DNA of 64,000 bases from positions 1,856,001 through 1,920,000 of the forward strand of contig CAVWLP010000002.1 of assembly GCA_963755915.1 (NCBI GenBank), in the 5' to 3' direction. Both the position numbers and the translations under genes were made by a program. Shown here piece after piece: positions 56,275-64,000 of this stretch. The number at the start of each line of letters is the position of its first letter. Position 1 is the stretch's first letter. The notes beneath the pieces were generated by a model. The model was given only the letters and a program-made list of their open reading frames with translations. It ran no database searches and was not told the DNA's origin. Source of the DNA: an uncultured Phycisphaerales bacterium (GTDB lineage Bacteria > Planctomycetota > Phycisphaerae > Tepidisphaerales > Tepidisphaeraceae).

Positions 56275-58256
56275 ATGAAAATCAGCCTCCACTGGCTCAA
56301 GGACTTTCTCCCCACCGGCCTGCCTGACGCGCCGGCGGTCGCCGACGCCCTCACTGCGGCCGGATTTCCCATCGAATCCATCGAGACGCATGGCGACGAC
56401 ACGGTCATCGACGTCGAGGTCACCAGCAACCGCGGCGACTGCCTGAGCCACGCCGGCGTAGCGCGGGAACTCTCGGCCATCCTGCAAATCCCCCTCCACC
56501 TCGATCCGCACTCCGCCCCGGAAGGCTCCGACGCCGCGAGCGCCGCCGTCAGCGTTCGCATCGACGCCCCACAGCTTTGCCCCCATTACACCGCCCGCCT
56601 GATCCGCGGCGTAAAAATCGGACCCTCTCCCGCGTGGATGGCCCAGCGCCTCGAAGCCGTCGGGGTGCGCCCGATCAACAACGTCGTCGACGTCACCAAC
56701 TACGTTATGCTGGAAATGGGCCAGCCCCTGCACGCCTTCGACTTCGCCAAAATCGCCGGCGGGCAGATCGTCGTCCGCAGCGCCGCGCGGGGCGAATCCA
56801 TCACCAGCATCGACGGCCGTAAGCGCGAGCTGGCCGGTTCGATGCTCGTCATCGCCGACGCCCAGAAACCGGTCGCTCTCGCCGGCGTGATGGGCGGTCT
56901 GGAAAGCGAGGTCACCGAAAAAACAACGGATGTGCTTCTCGAATCCGCCCGCTTCGACGCTCTCTGCGTCCGCCGCACCGCTCGCGCCCTGGCGATGAAA
57001 AGCGAAAGCTCCTATCGCTTCGAGCGCGGCATCGATCCGTCGCTCCCGGCTCGCGCCAGCCTGCGCGCGCGCAGCTCATCCTGCAAACCGCTGGCGGACA
57101 ACTCGCCAAAGGGATGGTCCAGGCCGGGTCCGATCGGGCCGAAGCGCGAAAAATCTCCCTGCGCCTTTCGCAGCTCAAACGAATCCTCGGCGTCGAGCTT
57201 CCCACCGATTCCGTCATTGCCGCCTTCAATCGCCTCGGTTTTGCGCCGGTGCTGGCAAACGATCGCATCGAGACAATAGTTCCCACCCATCGCCTCGACG
57301 TGAACACCGAAATCGACCTCGTCGAAGAAGCCGCCCGGCTGATTGGCTACGACAAAATCCCCCTGCGCGATGAGATTTCCATCCGCCTCTCCCCGCCGGA
57401 CCGGGACTGGACCACGCGCGAATCAATCTGCGAACTTTTGGTCAGCGGCGGATATTTCGAAGCCGTCACCTTCAGCTTTATCAGCGATTCCCTGCGCGGC
57501 GACTTCGGCGCCGCCCCCTTGCGCGCCGATGCCAGCGTGCGCAAGACCGACGCCGCCCTGCGCCCGAGCCTGATTCCCGGATTGCTCGAAGCCGTGCGCT
57601 TCAACGAAAACAGCGGCAACGCCGACGCGCGGCTTTTCGAAGTGGGCGCGGTCTTCACCGCCGGCAGCGAGCGCGCCGCGGTCGCCTGGGTTGGGGGCGA
57701 CGCGCGCGAAGTCCGCGGCATGGCCGAAACGCTCCTCTCCCGCCTCGATGCGGAAAAGGAATTCGCCGTCGTCCCCGATTCCCGCCCCGGCTTCGCCGCC
57801 GGCGCCGGCGGGAAAATCGTCTGGGACGGCCAGGAGATCGGATTCCTTGGCCAGATCGATTCCGCCGTCGCCGGCAAACTTTCCCTGCGCGAAACTCCCG
57901 CCGCCGCCGAGCTCGATCTCGCCCCGCTCCTCGCTGGGACACGAACGACCCCCAGGCTCAAACCCCTGCCGCGCTTCCCCGCCGTCCGCCGCGACGTTTC
58001 CCTGATCGTCGCCGAGAACGTGCGATTCGAAAAAATCGAATCTCTGATCCGCGGGCTGAGCCTTGAGTCGCTCGAATCCGTCGATTTCGTCACCACCTAC
58101 CGCGGCAAGCCGCTGGAGAAGGGGCAAAAGAGCGTCACGATCACCCTGGTTTTCCGCTCGCCGACCACGACGCTCACCAGCGAACAGGTGGAAGCGTCCG
58201 TGCAGAAGGCAATCGAAACCGCAAAGCGCGATCTGGGAGCCAGTTTGCGAAGCTGA
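56275..58256 (+). CDS. pheT: Phenylalanine--tRNA ligase beta subunit, short form (frameshift near 57068)
   Basis: NRGDCLS, NNVVDVTNYV, RFERG, DLVEE.AR..GYD, FPAVRRDVS. Confidence 0.96.
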
Positions 58257-58312
58257 GCGGCTTCCCCCTCTCCCCCCGCTGCGAGCTCTGCGCCTCTGCG
58301 TGAGATTAATCC

Positions 58313-58876
58313 TCATTGAATTGAAAAATCCGTGACCTTGGATTCAGTCGTGTGAAGCTGAAAGAAATGCTTCCCGCTCCCGGTCTGAAGGTCGCCGCGG
58401 ATGGTCGCCATCGTCGTGCCGTTGTTTGAATCGGTAGTGACGTAAAGGACGGTGACTGATTTAAGTCCGCCCCAGCTTTGAATCTGCGCCGCCGCCGAAT
58501 CCAGCCGGTCGGCGGCGACGCCGAGGCAATCCTGCCGGGCCTGATCGACCGCGGAATTCAGATCGAAGAAAAATCGGTGCGCCGCCGCGCGTCCGGCGCG
58601 CTCAAATCAGCGATGATCCAGAAGAAAATCGTCCAGCCGACGATATTCAGCAGTCCCAGCACGATCGCTCCCCACGCCAGCCGTCGCCCGCGATATTCCC
58701 CGCCGACTGTCTGGCGAAGGCCGATGACCGCCAGGGCGATGGCGCACAGGCCGGAAATATAAGGAACGATCAGAAATATTCCGCACGCCAGGCCGGCGAT
58801 GGAGGGCAGGCTCCATGTCGTCTGCCTCGGCGGGGGCGGTGGCGAGTTGGCCGGCGTCAGAGCTTATGGAAGCCAT
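58313..58876 (-). CDS. DUF4190-like membrane protein (several frameshifts)
   Basis: Manual translation SIAGLACGIFLIVPYISGLCAIALAVIGL...GRRLA, then QIQSWG; paralog of the upstream gene. Confidence 0.6.
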
Positions 58877-59511
58877 TGGTAGGAATCGACCTTTCTGCTT
58901 CCCCCGGTTTCCGAGAGGGTCATCGTGAATCGATGTTGTCCGCCGCCCGAATAGACGCAGGCCCCGCTGAGTTTCACCGTCCCGTTCCCGTTCATATAGT
59001 TCCAGGATTGCGGAACCACGAAACTTCCCTGAAACGTTCCCCAGCTTTGCATCTGTTTATAGTCGGAGTCCAACTGGTCCTTGGCGACGTTGGACGTCGA
59101 GTTCTGGACGCACTTGTCGATCCGGCCATGGGCCAGATCGGTGATGTAGCTCTGCGCAAAGATCCGCTGCGGCGTGGAACGCTGGAGGACCGTGTACCCC
59201 TCGTAAAACGCCCCGCTCCAGCAGACCAATGAGAGGAGCCCCAGCACCAGCCCGACAATGGCCAACCCACGGCCGCGAACCGTGGGGTTGCCGGTGACGG
59301 CCAAGGCAATCAATCCCGTGACCAGCGCCACAAATCCGGTGGCAAAGGGGATACAGATCAGCATCCCGCAGACGAGGCTGGTCACCGCCAGCCCGCTCAA
59401 CCGGCTCTGGGGCGGCAGCGAATACCCCGGTGGCCCAAACGGTGGCGTGCCGGGTGGAAAATTGGGGGGCGGATACCCCGGCCCCTGCGGTGGTGGAGGA
59501 TATTGCGACAT
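58864..59511 (-). CDS. DUF4190 domain protein with Pro-rich N-terminus
   Basis: SGLAVTSLVCG...GRGLAIVGLVLG. Confidence 0.85.
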   Translation of the reverse strand: MSQYPPPPQGPGYPPPNFPPGTPPFGPPGYSLPPQSRLSGLAVTSLVCGMLICIPFATGFVALVTGLIALAVTGNPTVRGRGLAIVGLVLGLLSLVCWSGAFYEGYTVLQRSTPQRIFAQSYITDLAHGRIDKCVQNSTSNVAKDQLDSDYKQMQSWGTFQGSFVVPQSWNYMNGNGTVKLSGACVYSGGGQHRFTMTLSETGGSRKVDSYQWLP

Positions 59512-59737
59512 GTGGTTGGCTCCGAGGTTTGGAACGTCTATATGGTAACAGCGGTGAAGAGAATTGCCGAATGCCCATTGCCAATTGCCGAATGAAATGG
59601 CGAGTGAGGGCGCGAGAAGCATGGTACCGTCGCACTGCTCGCCCTTTTTGTCTTCAAATCGGCAATTGGAAATCGGCAATCGGCAATCGCATTTTGCCCC
59701 GGAGTTTGACGCCTCCGCCGTACCCGGAATACATTGG

Positions 59738-62221
59738 ATGTTGATGCGGATTTTTCTGGCCGGGCTTATGATTTTGGGTTTGCCCGCGGCTGCCCTCGCG
59801 CAGGCCCGCGGCCAGGTCCTCTCCCTGGGCTTCAACAACCATTACCGCCCCGATTGCTGGGTCCCCATGCTCATCCAGCTCACCAGCCAGAGCGCCGATT
59901 CCCAGGATTTCCAGATCCAGGTCGTTCAGAAAGACATCGACCGCGACCGCGTCGTCTATACGCAGATGGTCACCCTCGGCGGCAACGTCGAAGGCCGCCC
60001 CGCGACCACGGAAAATTTCTGGGTCTATTTCAAGCCCACGCCCGTCGATCAGGGATTGCCCGATGCCACCGACATGTCCAAAAATCTGCAATCCCTCAAC
60101 GACGAGTTGAAAGTTTTTCTCTGCGACAAAGATGGCAAGCAGATCTGCACGCTGCCGATGACGGCGACGATTTTAAACGTCGACCCAACCCGATCGTTGG
60201 GCGACGCCGCCCGCAGCACCAAGCTGATTCTTTTTGTAACCGACGGCGCCGACAAACCCGAGATTTCCGATTACACCATGCAGAAGGGTGTCTTGCAGGA
60301 TGTCGACGCCATCGTGGTCGCCCCGCGCGATCTGCCCTCCAAGGTCATCGGATACGAAGCCGTCGATGACATTGTCTGGCTGGACGCGGATGCGAATTTC
60401 CTGGTCAGCGGCACCCGTACACCCTCCCTCGAGGCGCTGCTTCAGTGGGTCAAGCAGGGGGGCGACCTGGTCGTCTGCGAGCCTGCCGAAGCGGTGAAAC
60501 TCAAGCCCTTCGAGCAGATTCTTCCGGTGGGGGGGCAGATCAACGGCGAATGGACCATTCCCACCGTCGATCGCGACGACATGGACGTGCTTTCGCGGAT
60601 TGCTCACCCGGTAAGCAACCGTTTTGTTCCCGATTGGCCCAAAAACCTTGGGACATTCAAGGTCGGCCGCGTGCCGGCGCTGCAAGGGTCCAAAGTCGAT
60701 GAATGGATGGAGTGGAATGACGCCGGCGTGAAATCGTTCACGCCATGGCTCGCCCGGCGCGGGTATGGACTCGGCGCGGTCACGTGGGTCGCCCAGGACC
60801 TGGGCAACGCCGCCCTGACCGAGAAAGCCAAGGGGGGCTGGCGCTATGTCTGGGACCGCGTCTTCGACTGGAACAATCCCTCCGACGTTGCCGAGGACGC
60901 CACCCAGATGGGCGGCTTCGACCCCTTTCCCGCCGCCGACGGCGCGCTGGACCTTGGTTCGCAGGTCATCCGCAACGGGCTCGACGAGTCGAGCACGGCC
61001 GCGGCATTCCTGGCTATCGCCGGATTTTTCTTCGCACTCTACTGGGGCATCGCAGGCCCGGGGCTTTATCTCGTCCTGGTCCTGAAAAAGAAGGCGAATC
61101 TGAGTTGGACGTTATTTGGCGCTACGGCGGTGGCGGCGACATTGCTTACCGCCTTGCTCGTGAAAATCGTTTTGCGCGGACCCCCGAAGTTGCAGCATGT
61201 GAGCATCGTGCAATACGCGTTTGGCGAAGATGACGGAATCATTCACAGCCGATTCGGACTTTATATTCCGCAGGATGGGCTGAAGGAGATTGCCCTTCCG
61301 GACACCGATCCCCACCAGATCAGCTACCTGACGCCCCTCAGTTTGCATCCGCAGTACGTGAACTCAACGGAGCTGCCGTCGTTTTCCACCTATGATATCT
61401 CGGTGCCCGATACCTCCGATCCGACGGAGGTCTCCGCTCAGATTCCCTATCGCAGCACGTCGAAAAAGCTGGAAGCCCAGTGGGTGGGAGACGTCAAGGC
61501 TTCGATCGTTCCCGCCGCCGACAGGCAGATGGTCAAGGTTTATCCCGGCGACAAGATCGAGGGCACCCTCATCAATCACACCGGCGTGGACCTGTGGCAC
61601 ATCTACTTCGGATTCAAGCAGCCGAGCTATGACCAGGTGGATGCGGACAACCACGATGTTGATAGAATCATCTACGTTCAGTCCTGGCCGAAAGAATACG
61701 CGTTGAAATTGGGCGACCTCATGAAACATGACCCCACGCATTCCACCCTGATGGACCTCGACAACCCCGACAAACAGAAGTACATGATGGGCGAGCAGCC
61801 GATGTATGGCAAAATCGGCGCCGCCAACGATAAGGGCAGCACCGACTCTGGCGATTCCTGGAGCCGCTACTGGCAGCAGCAGGGGGGTCACATGGAGGAC
61901 ACCTTCGATTTCGCCCTGCCCATGCTGACCTTTTTCGAACGGCTGCCCCCGATGGAAGTCACCACCGATGAGAAAGGCGCCCGCTACGAATTTCGCCGTC
62001 GCGGCGGACGGGTTTTGGATCTCTCCCCCGCCATGAGCGCAGGCAATTTAGTCATCTGCGCCTTGGCGAACAAGAATGGCGCCCCGGGTCCGCTGCCGAT
62101 GCCCCTGACCGTTTCCGATGAGCCGGTGGCCGGAAACGGGACCACGATCTATCAGTTCGTTCTGCCCCTGGACCGCTCGGCGGTTTCGGGGCCGCCCAGC
62201 ACGCAACCGAGTTCGGAGTGA
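59738..62221 (+). CDS. Large membrane protein associated with the ABC transporter (GATase-like domain plus 2 TM)
   Basis: Signal peptide, GYEAVD.IVW, WVKQGG.LVV, GLGAV, TM pair. Confidence 0.75.
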   Translation: MLMRIFLAGLMILGLPAAALAQARGQVLSLGFNNHYRPDCWVPMLIQLTSQSADSQDFQIQVVQKDIDRDRVVYTQMVTLGGNVEGRPATTENFWVYFKPTPVDQGLPDATDMSKNLQSLNDELKVFLCDKDGKQICTLPMTATILNVDPTRSLGDAARSTKLILFVTDGADKPEISDYTMQKGVLQDVDAIVVAPRDLPSKVIGYEAVDDIVWLDADANFLVSGTRTPSLEALLQWVKQGGDLVVCEPAEAVKLKPFEQILPVGGQINGEWTIPTVDRDDMDVLSRIAHPVSNRFVPDWPKNLGTFKVGRVPALQGSKVDEWMEWNDAGVKSFTPWLARRGYGLGAVTWVAQDLGNAALTEKAKGGWRYVWDRVFDWNNPSDVAEDATQMGGFDPFPAADGALDLGSQVIRNGLDESSTAAAFLAIAGFFFALYWGIAGPGLYLVLVLKKKANLSWTLFGATAVAATLLTALLVKIVLRGPPKLQHVSIVQYAFGEDDGIIHSRFGLYIPQDGLKEIALPDTDPHQISYLTPLSLHPQYVNSTELPSFSTYDISVPDTSDPTEVSAQIPYRSTSKKLEAQWVGDVKASIVPAADRQMVKVYPGDKIEGTLINHTGVDLWHIYFGFKQPSYDQVDADNHDVDRIIYVQSWPKEYALKLGDLMKHDPTHSTLMDLDNPDKQKYMMGEQPMYGKIGAANDKGSTDSGDSWSRYWQQQGGHMEDTFDFALPMLTFFERLPPMEVTTDEKGARYEFRRRGGRVLDLSPAMSAGNLVICALANKNGAPGPLPMPLTVSDEPVAGNGTTIYQFVLPLDRSAVSGPPSTQPSSE

Positions 62222-62256
62222 AATGTGCGGATGGGTCCAGTTTCCAATAGGCTTTA

Positions 62257-62376
62257 CCCCCTCTCCCGGTAATCCGGGAGAGGGTTGGGGTGAGGGCCTT
62301 GGAAAATCTGACGTACTTAAGGCCCTCACCCGCGGGCCAAGGCCCGCTTGCCCTCTCCCTGGGTACAGGGAGAGGG
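62257..62376. repeat. Inverted pair of REP-like repeats; second copy carries a palindromic micro-insert
   Basis: ccctctccc...gggagagggttggggtgaggg and ccctcaccc[gcgggccaaggcccgc]..ccctctccc...gggagaggg. Confidence 0.8.
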
Positions 62377-62389
62377 AAGAAGATTCGAT

Positions 62390-63324
62390 ATGGCTGCCGT
62401 AATAAAAACCGTTAACCTCACGAAGCGCTACGGCACACTCGTCGCGCTTTCCAACCTCAACCTCGAAATCAACGAGGGCGATTGCTTCGGCTTCATCGGC
62501 CCCAACGGCGCCGGCAAAACCACCACCATCAAAATCCTCGCCACCCTCCTTCAGCCGACGTGGGGTGAGGCGCGTGTCTGCGATTACGTCGTCGGCTATC
62601 AATCCCGCTCCATCCGTCCCCTCATCGGTTTCGTCCCCGACTACTTCGGCGCTTACGAAGACATGGTCGTCCAGGAATATCTCGAATTCTTCGCCGCCGC
62701 CTACAACATCAACGGCTCCCAGCGCACCAAGATCGTCAACGATGTCCTCGATCTCACCGACCTGGGCTACAAGCGCGACGCCCTCGTCGACGGCCTTTCC
62801 CGCGGCATGAAGCAGCGCCTCTCCATCGCCCGCGTTCTCGTCCACGACCCCAAAGTTCTTCTCCTCGACGAACCCGCCGGAAACCTCGACCCCCGCGCCG
62901 CATCGAAATGCGCGAGCTGCTTAAAGAGCTCCGCCGCATGGGCAAAACCATCCTGATCTCTTCGCACATCCTGCCCGAATTGGCGGATTTGTGTAACACT
63001 GTCGGAATCATCGAGCAGGGCGAGCTTCTCTACAGCGGCCCCGTCGCCGACATCGTCCGCCGCGCCAAGGCCGGCACCGTCGTTCACGTTGGCGTCACCC
63101 GCGCCCCCGAGCAGGCGGCCGCCCTTCTTGCCCAGCATCCCAGCGTCGAAGCCGCCGCGCCCAACAACGGGTTCATCGAAGTCTCCCTCAAAACCGGCGT
63201 GCAGGATTTCAGCTTCATTCCCACGCAGCTTCTGGCCGCTGGTTTTCAAATCAACCTCCTGCGCGAAGAGGAAGTGAACCTCGAAACCGCCTTCATGCGC
63301 CTCACGAAGGGGATGGTGCAGTAG
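62390..63324 (+). CDS. ABC transporter ATP-binding protein (frameshift near 62898)
   Basis: GPNGAGKTT, LSRGMKQR, LLLDEP, SSH. Confidence 0.95.
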
Positions 63325-63325
63325 C

Positions 63326-64000
63326 GTGCTGGGGATCGCAGATTATTTCTGGCGGCTGGTGCCGGGGAATCCGATCCTTCGCCGCGTCGTCGGCAACGCC
63401 GGGAAAAAAAAGCGAGATTTGGTCATCCGCTGCGCCTACCTCGGCGCGCTCGTTGTCGTCGTGCTTTGGCAGCTCTGGTTCGGCAACGCCGATCCCACCA
63501 ATCTCGCCGATCTTTCCAAGACATCCATTCAGCTTTTTCAGTACATGTCCTATCTCCAGCTCGGCCTGGTGGCCCTGCTGTCGCCGATTTTTACCGCCGG
63601 CGCCATCACCCAGGAGAAGGACAGCCAGACCTATGACATTCTTCTCTCCACGCCGCTGACCAACGGCCAGATCGTCATGGGCTCGCTGCTGAGCCGCGAA
63701 TTCTTCGTCATCGCGCTGCTCGTCAGCGGCATTCCCATCTTCGCGGTCACGCAAATCTTCGGCGGCGTGGCCATCTCCAGCATCGTCTACAGCTTCCTCA
63801 TCGCCGCCAGCACTGCGATGGTTACCGGCGCCATGGCGATGGCCATCGCGACCTTCAAGATCGGCACCCGCCGGACGATTTTCAGCTTTTACCTCTTCAT
63901 CGTCGTCTATCTCGTTGGTGGATATCTGCTGGACCGCGTCGACTATTTTCATCTGGGATATTTCGACAGTTCGGGAGCCTACACGCTCACATCCACGAGC
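63326..64000 (+). CDS. ABC-2 type transporter permease (3' partial)
   Basis: Open frame from GTG: NPIL, AGAITQEKDSQTYDILLSTPL...IVMG. Confidence 0.85.
   Translation, partial: MLGIADYFWRLVPGNPILRRVVGNAGKKKRDLVIRCAYLGALVVVVLWQLWFGNADPTNLADLSKTSIQLFQYMSYLQLGLVALLSPIFTAGAITQEKDSQTYDILLSTPLTNGQIVMGSLLSREFFVIALLVSGIPIFAVTQIFGGVAISSIVYSFLIAASTAMVTGAMAMAIATFKIGTRRTIFSFYLFIVVYLVGGYLLDRVDYFHLGYFDSSGAYTLTSTS

Noticed and set aside
56275-56460. PheT lacking the B2 OB-fold domain
   Set aside because: The short PheT form is known in several phyla and is not novel.

Overview
GC-rich chromosomal window, most likely from a Planctomycetota (Phycisphaerae/Tepidisphaerales-like) genome. This is judged from the 16S sequence, the DUF1559/H-X9-DG prepilin-like genes, a PEP-CTERM protein and a membrane-anchored ECF sigma factor. 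Most genes are housekeeping or envelope genes (argS, rpsA, a sigma-70, maf, rfbC, ribD, lspA, dksA-like, pheT, a phospholipid cluster, an ABC transporter). The rRNA operon is split: a stand-alone 16S (14.5-16.0 kb) and a separate 23S-5S unit (39.5-42.7 kb), each with its own promoter, boxA, processing stem and terminator, and each followed by toxin-antitoxin genes. There is one tRNA-Glu, an IS4 element (9-bp TSD) and an IS481 element (5-bp TSD). About 20 genes carry 1-2 nt frameshifts, nearly all next to GCGC; these are probably sequencing errors rather than pseudogenes. Most notable observations: (1) nested small dispersed repeats, with IS481 inside a 30-bp palindromic micro-element that itself sits inside a REP-like repeat; (2) a promoter-bounded structured leader RNA before an ankyrin gene; (3) a 75-bp duplication of the 5S 3' end bracketing an orphan antitoxin; (4) a repeat-like expansion segment in 23S; (5) a G-to-C strand-skew switch across the window. 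All calls were made by eye with no database searches.
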